Below, piece after piece: positions 52,521 through 64,000 of a stretch of 64,000 bases of DNA. Under the pieces are notes generated by a model. That model was given only the letters and a program-made list of their open reading frames with translations. It was not told the DNA's origin and did no database searches. Source of the stretch: Lytechinus pictus (taxonomy: Eukaryota); contig NC_087251.1 in the NCBI RefSeq assembly GCF_037042905.1, forward strand, positions 5,210,001 to 5,274,000. The letters are read 5' to 3'. The position numbers and the translations under genes are program-made. Position 1 is the stretch's first letter. The number at the start of each line of letters is the position of its first letter.

Positions 52521-52828
52521 CCCGGGGGGCCCACTTCCATTGAAGAGTGGATACCAAGCGCGACCACGCGTAAAAAGGGAAAGAGTGGGCAAGTACGTTA
52601 CGTATAGGCCTATGTAACGTTATAAGGGTGTCAAAAACGTTAAAAATGTTTAAAATACTGAAAAAGGAGGATATGTTTTCAATACTTGTAGGGTTTCACA
52701 AGCTAAATACTTGTTAAGAGATGCTTTTTCATAATCTGGAAAAGCCTTGTTTCCCTTGTTTAGGGTGCTTTTCGAAACCGCATGGTCGTGCCTGGTATCC
52801 ACTCATCAATGGAAGTGGTCCCCCCGGG
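52521..52828. mobile_element. CCCGGGGGG-ended MITE, short copy with both TIRs
   Basis: cccggggggcccacttccattgaagagtggatacca ... tggtatccactcatcaatggaagtggtccccccggg. Confidence 0.8.
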
Positions 52829-53392
52829 AATTCGAATCTAATCCCCCATTTCTGGGGAAAGTAAAGCATAATGCCCAGTACATTGTGTGCAAGAGGCATA
52901 TCGTTTGTGTAGGAGTAATCAAAAGAAAAAAAAACCCACACGTATACATGCTGTGTACATAATCAACGCATGCAAAATGGTTTTCGGCTGGAGAGGTGAT
53001 TTGACCCATGGAATCAATTGCCAGAGATCCACCAATAATCCACATTAAATGCAATATCGATTCGATGAACTGTAATGATCTATATCTAAGCCTTAATTCA
53101 GTAACTTTTTCCTCACTCAATATGTACTCGATTTGTTTGAAAAACCACTTTCTTATCCATGTCATAATCTATTTTAGGTCCTGCATTTCCAATATCTCAA
53201 GCCATCAGTGGTAATGTACATGCATGTATGGTGCGGGTGTCGCGGGAAAGAATTTTGCACACGAAAAGCAGATCTGTAGGGCCTGTAACCCCCCTGTAAC
53301 ACAAAGCTTAGCATTGATTGTAGAGCAGTTCTCTACGTTTGATTCTATTGACTATAATGTACAATCAATCTTAAAAATCAAGTGTATGATTA

Positions 53393-54840
53393 AGCACTCA
53401 TTATCTTGTGAGTTTGCTCCACAAAATGTATGAGAATGGCGAAAAAAGCAAGAGTCTATCCACGGTTGTGTGTACTGATTTCACAAAGGCTTTTGATAGG
53501 CTGGATCATAACATCCTCGTTAGGAAGTTGATCAAACTCAATGTACGACCTTGTATCATTAAATGGATTATAAGTTTTTTGGAAAATCGTCAACAATGTG
53601 TAAAATATCAAGGCACTTTGTCTAATTACTTACCCAATCACGCTGGAGTGCCCCAAGGGACTAAATTAGGTCCTATCTTCTTCCTGATTATGATTAATGA
53701 TGCTTGTGAAAACACATCAGTCGATTGCTATAAATATGTAGACGATCTTACTTTGTTGGAATGTCGTAAAGAAAATTATCCTTCTGACATACAATCTACA
53801 TTATACAATCTGGATCAGTGGTCCTCCCTAAACCACATGAAATTGAACCCTTCAAAATGTTCTTCACTAGTTGTGACATTCTCCAAATATCCTCCTGCTG
53901 AGCCAAGATTTTATATTGATAACTTACCTCTACAAAAACTTCAATCTGTTAAAATTCTCGGTGTAATCGTCCAATCCAATCTAAAATGGGACCTACATAT
54001 CATGGAAATCATCAAAAAATGTAACAGGAAGTTGTACATGTTTAGGCTTTTGAAGCGTTATGGGCTGTCTCTATCGGATCTGAAATTGGTATACATGGGC
54101 TACATTCGTCCTGTTATGGAATATTGCACCCCAGTTTTTAATGGTGGGCTTACAAAGAAACAGGTAAGAAGTTTAGAGCAAATTCAAAAGAGAGCTTGTA
54201 GAATCATGTTGGGCCCAAACTACACAGATTATGCCAGTGCTTGCCTATCATGTGAAATTCCTACTCTGGAATACAGAAGGGAGAAACTCAGCCTGGATTT
54301 CGCAATGTCTTTAACCAAACATCCAACATTCAGTACCTGGTTACCTCCTCCAAAAAACTTAACCATCAATCTCCGACATACTCCTAGATATCAGCAATAC
54401 AAATGTAAGACAAATCGATTTCGCAATAGCCCCATACCATATTTCATAGATCTCCTGAATAAAGACATGCCCAATCAATAAACCCATTGCTCATTTGAAA
54501 GAAATACCAGCCCACTTACAATATCAAGTTTTTTCATGAATGAGGAAATCAACTCTTTTATTTAACACCATATATTTTTATTGATCTTTTACAGCTTACT
54601 TATTTGGTTTTTATTATTCTTAATTTACCTTTTCCTCATTATCTTATGTACATGTATGTAAATTTTCATTGCCTAAGTATTCTTGCCTAAACACATATTT
54701 CTCATGTCAGTTTTTACAAAGGTGTACTGCTTTTTAATGTTTGAAATATGTAATGAGTCTTTTAATTGTTTTTACTTTGTATACATGACCAATTCAGCCA
54801 TTTGGCTGCGACTCATGTTTTTAATAAACCTTGAATTGAA
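53393..54840 (+). mobile_element. 5'-truncated CR1-group non-LTR retrotransposon with open reverse-transcriptase frame (ORF 53408-54481)
   Basis: RT motifs DFTKAFD, GVPQGTKLGP, YVDD, LNPSKC, KILGV, YIRPVMEY, LEQIQKRA; AT-rich 3'UTR ending aataaaccttgaattgaa; no endonuclease domain or ORF1. Confidence 0.93.
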
Positions 54841-55119
54841 AGCATTAACTTATGTGTTAGGGGACCCTAATATTAACGTCCGTGAGGATTGCGAAAGGTG
54901 GCAAGTGTCACAATGAGGTTAGTAACTAGAGGTGGAAAAATATGAGAACAGTAATGATGTTTTGTTAAGAAGAAGATTTAGTGATTAAAATCTGTTATGG
55001 AAACTAAATACTGAATGTAACAATAACAATCATGCATAATATTGAAGAGAACACAAAACATTGTGATCCCTCAACCACTTTGCACTGAGTATTTATGTCT
55101 AGTTTTAATATTCTTTCAA

Positions 55120-57300
55120 GTGCAAAATGTTTCCTGGCACCCTCAACATGGACGCGGATCACAAATCATATTATTCACAACAGTTGTTTAGTAATGAATC
55201 TTTATACTTTATTCAAGGATAATTTAAGGAAATTTGTTTATTGTTGTAGAGGTGTTTAAGGCAATATTTTTACATGTTTTGAATGATAATCAATGACAAT
55301 CAATGGATAGATAGTAGGATTGAAGTAGATATGAAAGTTAGTAAAGTTGGGATATGAAATATTGCTGTGAAGTATATGATGGGTGCAATGTGGCTCTAAC
55401 TTTGAGCCTGTTTTACACTTGAAACACAAAGTAGAAATTAAACTTAAACACCATTTAAGAAAAAAAAGCCCATGGTGAGTTAGAGTGGTTTGAATGTCAT
55501 ATGTTCATTTCTTTCTAACATCTATACATAGTATATAATTAAAAAAAAACAAATACAGCACAAAGTATGTTGGCTGTGACAGTATATTATGAGTTTAAAT
55601 GTAGCGAAGTTTAAGTATTATAAAAATAAATGAATTGTTTTTGTATGGCTGTTCACCTGGAAAGAAGAATAAAGTTATATATTTATATTTTTTGGAGTAA
55701 AAAATGTTCCCAGGCACATTGAAAAGGTTGTGGATGACAAATCATATTGTCAGAAGTTATGTTTACGTTTGCACTTTACACATGAATATTGTATGGAAAT
55801 GTGCCTTGTTGCTGTAACTTTGAGTGTGTTGTTAGAACACTTGAAACACAACATAGAAATTTAACATTAGTCAAGGAAAAATAGATATGTTGTATCTTAT
55901 ATTTCTTTGAAACATGATACATGCATAGACTATAATAAATTTTCATGTTAAAAAAAATAGATACAGCTCAAAATATGCTGCCAAATACATTATATCATCA
56001 GTTTAAATGTTGTGAACTATAAGTAATAAATGTAAATGAACTGTAGAAAATAAACATCAGTGAAGACAGAAAAACATATTTAGAGTGCTTTAAAACTCTA
56101 TACATAGTACATTGACCACTGTATATCTTATTAACACAAAGTTTTGTTGTTTAATGACTTGAGATCACACAACAATTTAAGGAGAATATAAGCAAGAAAG
56201 AAACCAGCACATATTTAAATATATATACATATTCATTTGTTGCACTTTGCATATACATTATATACAGTATCTTTGGAAGTTATGTAGAGAAGTTGTTTGT
56301 ATGGCTGTTACCTACACTACAGTTATTAAAACCAATAGGAAAGATGAAAACAGTTGAGGATGACACATCATATTATTCTCAGCAGTTGTTAAGTTTGCAC
56401 TATATACATGAATATTGTATGGAAATGTGCCATGTGGCTCTAACTTTGAGCTGTTTTTTTTTTTAGATCACTTGAAAAAGTAGAAATTAAACATCAGTCA
56501 AGGAAAAAAAAAGCACTGAGATTTTGAGTGCTTGGTATGTCATATCTTATTTCTTTGTAACACAGTATAGCATAGACTATTTAATTTTCATATTAGCAAG
56601 AGATACAGCACAGAGTATGCTGTCTGATACAGTATATCATCAGTTTAAATGTAGTGAACTGTAGAAAATAAACATCAGTGAAGACAGAAAAATATATTTA
56701 AAGTGCTTTGAAACTCGATACACAGTACATTGACCGCTGTATAAAACATTAACACAAAGTTTTGTTGTCTGATGACTAGAGATCACACAACAAAAGAAAG
56801 AAACCTGCTTACATTTTAATATGTACACATTGACATTATTTTTTGCACTTTACATAGTGTCTTTGGAATATATTATAGTTGAAAGAGACATTCCTATCAT
56901 AAAGAAGTACTTAATCTATTTGATGTATGTGAAGAGAATTTATTTTAATACTAATTGGAATGAAGTAAGCAGGGTATACATGTACATGTAAGTGTCATGA
57001 CATTACAGAATATTTAAGGGCACTTACAAGTTACATGAAAAAGAATTCTGCATAGTTTTTAATACATGTACACATTAAACCTGTTTGCAGATTACATATT
57101 TATACAGTATCTTTGGAATTTGTTTTTGTTGAAAGGACATACAGGTCATACAGAATTACTTGATTCTTTATATATATATGTGAAGAGAATCTATATTAAT
57201 ACTTTTGAACGAAGTAAGCAGGGTATAAGTGTCATGACATTACAGAATAAATAAGGACACTTTAATAAAAAGAATCGTGCATACATTTCAATACATGTTG
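55120..57300. repeat. Degenerate AT-rich direct repeats (~600-630 bp and ~240 bp periods)
   Basis: tgtggctctaactttgag-like motif at ~55390, ~55805, ~56433; gtagaaaataaacatcagtgaagacagaaaaa at ~56043 and ~56661; gaagtaagcagggtata..gtgtcatgacattacagaata at ~56962 and ~57211. Confidence 0.75.
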
Positions 57301-57408
57301 GTTAGTAAAGATTTAATTTAAGTATTGTTCTTGTGAATTGAAGAGAGTCTGAGATGAGTTTTGGTACGATGTTTGTGGTGATGATTGTTGTGCTGTAGCA
57401 GCTTGTGG

Positions 57409-57841
57409 AGTACGGTAGCTGTTGCAGTAGCAGATGGAACTGTGTCTTTGGGCATTGATGATTGTGGAGTAGCTGTTGTAGTAGCTGATGGACCTGTGTC
57501 TTTGGGCATTGATGATTGTGGAGTAGCTGTTGTAGTAGCTGATGGAACTGTGTCTTCGGGCATTGATGATTGTGGAGTAGCTATTGCAGTAGCTGATGGA
57601 ACTGTGTCTTCGGGCATTGATGATTGTGGAGGAGCTGTTGTAGTAGCTGATGGACCTGTGTCTTTGGGCATTGATGATTGTGGAGTAGCTGTTGTAGTAG
57701 CTGATGGAACTGTGTCTTCGGGCATTGATGATTGTGGAGTAGCTGTTGCAGTAGCTGATGGACCTGTGTCTTCGGGCATTGATGATTGTGGAGGAGCTGT
57801 TGTAGTAGCTGATGGACCTGTGTCTTTGGGCATTGATGATT
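57409..57841. repeat. 54-bp minisatellite, 8 copies
   Basis: ggcattgatgatt recurs at 57451, 57505, 57559, 57613, 57667, 57721, 57775, 57829; the minus strand encodes SSMP(K/E)DT(G/V)PSATTTATPQ. Confidence 0.95.
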
Positions 57842-58599
57842 CTTCAGAAAATAATTCCTGGCTTCCGCACACAGAGCATAGTGATGAGGACTTCTTTGTA
57901 GCTTTAACTTTTTAAAGTTCTTTATAATAGTTAGCTTTGGTGCGATTGGATTTTTGCAGAGAAGTGTTGAGTCTTGCAATTGTTCCTTCCATTCTGTCTA
58001 TGATATAAGCCATTTCTTCTATTATTCGGTTGATGTCTGCTGCTGTTTGTGGTGATACTTTGCACTCCTTTATTCACTCCATAGGTGGAGGGTGTATGAT
58101 CTCTGTGTCCATTCTTATACGAAAACATGAAGTGATAGAACTCACACTACGTGGTTTCAGATTCCTTGAAAGTTTGTCAGTTCAAAGTATTTTCTAATCC
58201 TTTCTCTTTACATTCTTGGTTACTTTCTCTGTTAGTCTGTATTCTGGATCCTTTCTTTTTTTCTTTCACTTTTTTTAACTATATGTAACTGTCTCTCCTG
58301 AACTTTGAAGTCAGGATTGGACTTTTTGAGTGATTTCCTTGTTAAGTCTGACTGCCTTTCTTGATGTCTCATGTTAGGACATTACCTTTTTAGTGCTTTT
58401 CTTTGTTGGTCCCTATCCTGTTCTCAGCCTTATTACAGGATTAATTAATTGAACACTATTTTTGTCACCTTGTCTGACATCAGTGCTGAAATGTTTTGTA
58501 CCTGAGTATTTTGTGCTGTAGGGATACAAACTGAAGACAAAAGTTCTTCAGGAAACTGCAATACCTGTTTTTGTGCCAGTCAAAATTCAGAATTATTTA

Positions 58600-58737
58600 T
58601 CAACATCTGATAAGTACTGGTATTTAAGTGGCAAACTGTGGATTAACGCCTTGCCAAATGACGCAGGCAGTGGTGGGATTGGAACACACGACCCTCTGTT
58701 TACAAGGCGAGAGTCAGAACCACTACACCACGGCTCC
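58600..58737 (-). mobile_element. tRNA-derived SINE head (3'-truncated)
   Basis: Minus strand ggagccgtggtgtagtggttctgactctcgccttgtaaacagagggtcgtgtgttccaatcccacc with A- and B-box-like motifs; similar to the head of 38383-38620. Confidence 0.7.
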
Positions 58738-58752
58738 TCCATCATTCATGGG

Positions 58753-59452
58753 CATCTACATCAGTAAAGTTACATCACCACATATACATATACGATCTTC
58801 CTTTCTTTAAAATGAACTGAATTGCATTTTACACTTTGTACAAAATGTACAATGATGATTTTTCAATCTCATTTCAGAGCTATATGATATCTTGCAGTAC
58901 TGACATGAAAAGGAATCTAAGAATGTGACTGCAAAGTTTCTTTAAAAAAAACTCCTTCCCACAGTTGCAGCAAATATTATTATAATATGACTCGTTTGCA
59001 TCTACATCAGTAAAGTTACATCACCACATACATGACCTTCCTTTCTTTGAAATGAACTGAATTGCATTTTACGCTTTGTACAAAATGTACAATGATGAGT
59101 TTTCAATCTCATTTCAGAGCTATACGTTGCAGTACTGACATGAAAAGGAATCTATACAAGAATGTTACTGCAAAGTTTCTTTTCGAAAAACTCCTTCCCA
59201 CATTTGCAGCAAATATATGACTCGTTTGCATCTACATCAGTAAAGTTACGTCACCACATACATGACCTTCCTTTGTTTGAAATGAACTGCATTGCTTTTT
59301 ACACTTTGTACAAAATGTACAGTGATGAGTTTTCATCTCATTTCAGCGATATATGATATCTTGCAGTACTGACATGAAAGGAATCTATACAAGAATGTGA
59401 CTGCAATTTTTTGTTTTCGAGAACACACCTCCCGACATTTGCAGCAAATATA
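58753..59452. repeat. ~235-bp tandem repeat, 3 copies (each encodes three zinc fingers on the minus strand)
   Basis: catctacatcagtaaagttac recurs at ~58753, ~58999 and ~59229. Confidence 0.9.
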
Positions 59453-60079
59453 GCATGAATGTTTCTGGTTATTTGCTCTCAACTTAAATGATTTTCCACA
59501 TCTGTTACATGTATATGCCATGTTGACTTAAAATAAATTGGCTCCTTTGTTGCCTAGAAGGATTTTTTTCTATTTATCCTCAATTGAGGTACTTTATTGA
59601 CCATAATAATATCAAAATATACAATTTTTACATCAACAAATTCATATTGCATCACACAACAATATTTTACCTAAAAATACAGCAAATACAATAAAATATG
59701 CTACTTACACTACCAGTCTCAATTCCTCAGCCCGCTACCACTTGCCGAAAACCAGAGAAAAATAGATTCAGTAGACTAAATCCATTGTTTCTCCGACAGG
59801 CCAGCCAACAGGGAACCAAAGAAATGTGACTTGTAGTGTATTCACTCGAAGTAGTAATACATCTTCTGCAATTCTTAAACCTTTTCTTATTATACTTCAG
59901 ACTTATGTAAAATCTTATTTCTGCTTTCAAATCCTTTGAACAATAGATAGTTTCCATGTAACACATGTTTCTTTTTATCATTGCATACTTTGACATAATT
60001 CTTATATACAGTAAATTGGGCATAAATAAGGATGAAATTGACAATTTTTGTTTTTTCGGTTACCTATGTCATATACCAA

Positions 60080-60463
60080 ACAGCATAAAAGATAAGAGTC
60101 TTGCATGAAAACTTTAACGTTGACCTCAAGATGAACTTTGACCTTAGCATGTGACCTCTGACTGCACAATAACATGCAGGTAAATCTGCTATCCAAATTG
60201 GGTGAAAAGTGACTTACGGTTGCAGAGTTATGTGTCATAAGAGAGTCTTGCACGTAAACTTTAACGTTGACCTCAAAATGACCTTTGACCTTACCATGTG
60301 ACCTCTGACTGCAGCATAACATGCAGTACCTTAAGTACATGGACAATCCAAGTTTGGGTGAAAAGTGACTTGTTGCAAAGTTGTCTGTTGTAATATTTGT
60401 GACGGACGTACGACATTTTGATCCCTTAGTCTCGTCTTCACCTCTAGTGGGCGAGACAAAAAG
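60080..60463 (-). mobile_element. HINE-like element end with tandem core
   Basis: Two ~148-bp units (aactttaacgttgacctcaa..tttgacctt), gacggacg microsatellite, hairpin gtctcg..cgagac and terminal aaaaa. Confidence 0.6.
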
Positions 60464-60749
60464 TAAATTCTAAAATGTTTAAAAACTCCAAACAGATGGA
60501 TTCTAGCTGTCTATAATGTTAGGCCTAGCATAGGGGTTGATTCGGGATTTTCCGAAAGAGGGGGCACACATTTTCCTGAGGAAAATTTAACAAGAACAAG
60601 AAAAAGGTCCTCACTTGTGTATGAATGAAATATTCCCATAGAGCATGGGCAAAGCTTATCCTGAACTTTGTTTTTGTATTGTCCTTAACTTATTTGGTAA
60701 AATCAAAGTAGTTCAGCTGAATAATTCTTCCCATTTCCTTTCTCTTCAG

Positions 60750-60832
60750 GGTTTTATAATGCAGCAGACCATGTACAGAATTCGAAATCCTCGCAGGTCA
60801 CTTAAATTCTATACAGAAGTTCTTGGAATGAG
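60750..60832 (+). CDS. GLO1: Glyoxalase I, exon 2
   Basis: tttctcttcag|GFIMQQTMYRIRNPRRSLKFYTEVLGM(R)|gtacac; glyoxalase I signature QQTMxR...FYxxVLGM including the metal-ligand Gln. Confidence 0.95.
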
Positions 60833-60982
60833 GTACACATTCACTTGAATATTTATCATTGAATAATTAGTTTTGAATTAAATAATGGCTTATATAGCAA
60901 TGAATAAATATATACTCCTGTCCTATGGGCATCTCATAAAGATTTTTTGTTTGTTCAGATGTGTGTTTTCAATGACCTTTCC

Positions 60983-61990
60983 TTTTTATGCCCCGCAGAC
61001 AAAGTCTGGAGGGGGCATTAAGCGTTGTCCCTGTCAGTCAGTCCGTCCGTCCGTCCCCCCCACTTGGTTTCCGCACAATAACTGAAAAAATATTTAATGG
61101 ATTTTAAAACTTTTTGGTGTGTAGGTAGATGACACCAAAATACAGGCTAAGTTCGAATTCAGAGTCCGCAGGTCAAAGGTCACAGCTCATTAAATATGCG
61201 AGTTGGTTTCTGCACAATAACTCCAAAAATATTTAATGGATTTTAAAACGTTTTGGTGTGTAGGTAGATGACACCAAAATACAAGCTAAGTTTGAATTTG
61301 AAGTCGGTAGGTCAAAGGTCACAGCTCATTAAATATGCGACTTGGTTTCCGTACAATAACTCAAAAAATATATTATGGATTTTAAAACTTTTTGATGTGT
61401 TGGTAGATGACATCAAAATACAGGCTTAGGTCGAATTTGGAGTCCGCAGGTCAAAGGTGAAAGGTCACAGCTCATTAAATATGCAAATTGGTTTTTGCGC
61501 AATAACTCAAAAAAATATTTGATGGATTTTAAAAATTCTTGGAGTGTAGGTAGATGACACCAAAATACAGGCTAAGTTCAAATTCGGAGTCCGCAGGTCA
61601 GGTCAAAGGTAACAGCTCATTAAATATGCGAATGTGTTTACGTGCAATAACTCAAAAACTATTTAATGGATTTTAAGAAATTTTTGTGTGTAGGTAGATG
61701 ACACCAAAATACAGGCGTAGTTTAATTTCGGAGTCCGCAGGTCAGAGGTCAAAGGTCACAGCACATTAAATATGCGAGTCGGTTTCCGCATGATAACTTA
61801 TGAAATAATCAACAGATTTTAAAAAATCTGTGTGTGTAGGTAAATGACACCAAAATACAGGCTAAGTTCGAATTTCGGAGTCCGCAGGTCAGAGGTCAAA
61901 GGTCACTGCTCATTTTATATGCGAGTTGGTTCAAAGGTCTAAATTTGTTCATTATATATATATATGCATATTGGTTTCTGCACAATATTA
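60983..61990 (+). mobile_element. HINE/DINE-1-like (pearl/Tsp-type) element with ~6 tandem 140-146 bp units
   Basis: Starts in a T-run ttttatgccccgcagac..gtctggagggggcat (subterminal IR), then a (gtca)(gtcc)n microsatellite and repeats of ggtttccgcacaataact...gtaggtagatgacaccaaaatacagg...ggtcaaaggtcacagctcattaaatatgc. Confidence 0.75.
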
Positions 61991-62323
61991 AGTTCAATCA
62001 TATTGAATGAATTTCTGATTGCGTTAAACATCTGTGTCCTTATTTGGACACGTCAAATTCCTAGTTTCTCTATTCATCTTAATTTTGAATGATCAAAATC
62101 AATTTTTTTTTTGTTAATTTCAAGGTGCAACCTTAAGAGGGGTTTGCAAGGACAATGCTAATTCAGCTCATAATAGCCTTTGATTGTTTTGTAAAGAAAA
62201 GCTTTGTGTGTACACAGTACAATGTGATGTACCATCACTATTGTGTATGTGTGTATGAACAATAGACTTAATAGCACTCTGTGTGTATTGTGAATAGAAT
62301 GTGACTTGATTTGAACTTGGCAG

Positions 62324-62719
62324 CAGTGTTTCCACTCTTCCCAAAATTCAGGAAATTTTGACTTTTTCCAGGAAAGATTCAGGAAATTAAAAAAATTCCA
62401 GGAAATCCGAAAAAAATTACAATTAAATGTAGCAACTTTTAATATTCATGTTATATTTAAAGAATTATTCACCTCGATTTGTAGCTCAAAATTTTCTGCT
62501 TGTGCACGAATATTATAATTTTGTCCCTATTTTAAAAGAGGGCGTGAACAAAAATGTGCTAAATTCCTTGATTTGGGACACATGGACTAAATTTAGATCG
62601 CTGCATTATTGCCCGATTTTTTAAAAATCATACTTGAAAATTCCAGAAAATGTCTATAAATTTTGGGAAATTTGGGATTCAGTTTTTAGGAAATTTATTT
62701 TGGATCTGTGGAAACTCTG
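62324..62719. mobile_element. hAT-type MITE
   Basis: TIR cagtgtttccac / gtggaaactctg with a perfect 8-bp TSD cttggcag (62316-62323, 62720-62727); subterminal caggaaa repeats. Confidence 0.88.
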
Positions 62720-62837
62720 CTTGGCAGTCTGCTTTATGTGACTCTAGTCGAACAAAGCAGGCAAATAGTTCAATCTTTTGAAACACTTTTCATGAAATCA
62801 GTTGCTTCTTTTAATGTTTCTTTGTTTATTTTCTCAG

Positions 62838-62978
62838 GTTGTTGAAAAGGCTTGACTTCCCTTCAATGTCGTTTACCCTATTTTTTATGGGTTTTGCTGA
62901 TGAAGCTGATATCCCTAAAGATGAGAAAGAAAGGATTAAATGGACATTCATGCAACCAGGAACCATAGAACTTACTTA
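62838..62978 (+). CDS. GLO1: Glyoxalase I, exon 3 (gene continues beyond the window)
   Basis: ttttctcag|G LLKRLDFPSMSFTLFFMGFADEADIPKDEKERIKWTFMQPGTIELT TA|gtaaga; phase 2 matches exon 2; contains the catalytic ELT Glu. Confidence 0.95.
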
Positions 62979-63427
62979 GTAAGAACTTGCATTGTCATCT
63001 GTATTGGTGATGTAAATCCCTTTGAATAGATGATTCATTTGACAGTGGGAAAGTTATTTCATTGATGTTGGCTATCTAAATTTGAATGTTAATCCCTGCA
63101 GTAAATAAGACATTCTGATTATATGCAAATGGTCATTTTCAAACGTGAGTGACACGTCAATCGGAGAGGGTTAAGGGCTTATATCTTCAAACTTAAAGGT
63201 TATGAATCAATCATGACTTCTATATTATATACAATGTAGGACTGGCATGGGTCACTAGCAGTTTGATTTGAATTCTACCGCACGGTAGTTTGCTGTTCAG
63301 ACCCTACATGTAGTTTATCACGAGTGGTATGAATGGTGGCCGTACAAAGAATGATTTTGAACTTGGCATGTCGCCGCTTCAAGCAATATCCAAAATGTTC
63401 TATCAAATCTCAGTACATTCTCACCAG

Positions 63428-63582
63428 GGGCCCGTTGCATAAAACTTTTTACCTGAGAAAACTCAGGTTGTTTTTACCGGAGTTTTTTCCCTGTGTTAAA
63501 GTCAATGGCAGAAATCAGACTAACCTTAGTTTTCAGTTTTTACCAGAGTTTTCTCAGGTAAAAAGTTTTATGCAACAGGCCC
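63428..63582. mobile_element. Harbinger-type palindromic MITE
   Basis: cag|gggcccgttgcataaaactttttacctgagaaaactc ... gagttttctcaggtaaaaagttttatgcaacaggccc|ctg. Confidence 0.85.
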
Positions 63583-64000
63583 CTGAAATGTTCTTGCAAA
63601 TTTTTTTATTTTATGTCTCGAATACAAGCTTTGTGGCAAAAAAGGTTGATTTTAATCAATCAGAACAAAAAGGAAAATATTTTCGTTTCTGATTTTGAAA
63701 AAATGTTTGGTGTTCACAGAGATCTATCTCATACACTACTCTACCTCTAAAATTTCTGCAAATCTTAGAATAAGATCCCTGACTTTTAAAAAAAAAAGTG
63801 AATTTTCTGCTCATTTCTGTAAATGGAGACAGAGAATGTTCAAGTCATACCTGTATGACTTGAACCATCACCAACTCTTTATGCACTGTAAATATGTCCA
63901 TTACTTAGTATAGTGGTTTTTCTCTTGATACATTAATAATTTTGTGTTGATTGATATTAAATGTTGTTATATTCTTCATCTCAGTACATTCACCAAAATA

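Larger units (their letters stand above)
57318..59521 (-). pseudogene. Decayed multi-C2HC zinc-finger / K-R-rich repeat / T-P-S repeat ORF, probably Helitron/Helentron-derived, antisense in GLO1 intron 1
   Basis: MAYTCNRCGKSFKLRANNQKHSC followed by frameshifted fingers CQYCKISYSSEMRLKNHHC and CTKCKMQFSSFQRKEGHVC, then KSNPDFKVQER / RKDPEYRLTE repeats, a coiled-coil-like segment and the 18-aa repeat; multiple stops and frameshifts. Confidence 0.6.

Noticed and set aside
52806..53165. Minus-strand ORF with WIIGG / QITSP / VDYV, faintly like a LINE AP-endonuclease
   Set aside because: Catalytic motifs (GDxN, SDH) are not recognisable; too degenerate to call without a profile search.
57409..57841. 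CRISPR-like array
   Set aside because: Units are contiguous with no unique spacers; eukaryotic context; no cas genes.
57385..57979. Long ORFs 57385-57915 (+) and 57581-57979 (-)
   Set aside because: By-products of the 54-bp minisatellite lacking stops.
58660..58737. tRNA genes at 58.7 kb and 38.6 kb
   Set aside because: A/B boxes are present but no convincing cloverleaf; both run into SINE body sequence.

Overview
AT-rich, intron- and repeat-rich metazoan genomic DNA; the repeat families look echinoid (sea-urchin-like), which is an inference. Three genes are supported. (1) A class A GPCR with a single coding exon (32299-33669, +), non-aminergic, with a candidate promoter and 5'UTR exon near 27.0-27.5 kb. 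(2) A minus-strand C2H2 zinc-finger gene (last exon 39566-40714; candidate ATG exon 42647-42713) whose product resembles the DNA-binding N-terminal half of a Mutator/MULE transposase with no catalytic domain. (3) Glyoxalase I (GLO1, +), exons 1-3 at 47414-47488, 60750-60832 and 62838-62978, continuing past the window. Genes 2 and 3 are head-to-head. Their shared upstream region is split by a 3.1-kb nest of Harbinger-type MITEs, and a ~1-kb inverted MITE pair brackets the 5' exons of gene 2. The 13.3-kb GLO1 intron 1 holds a 5'-truncated LINE with an open RT frame and a decayed antisense ORF with about ten C-x2-C-x12-H-x-C fingers, K/R-rich repeats and a 54-bp minisatellite. The rest is MITEs (Harbinger, Tc1/mariner, hAT, CACT-ended, TTAA-type), Helitron/HINE-type elements, LINE 3' ends and tRNA-derived SINEs. 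No rRNA, bona fide tRNA or CRISPR was seen. All calls come from reading the sequence by eye; no searches were run.
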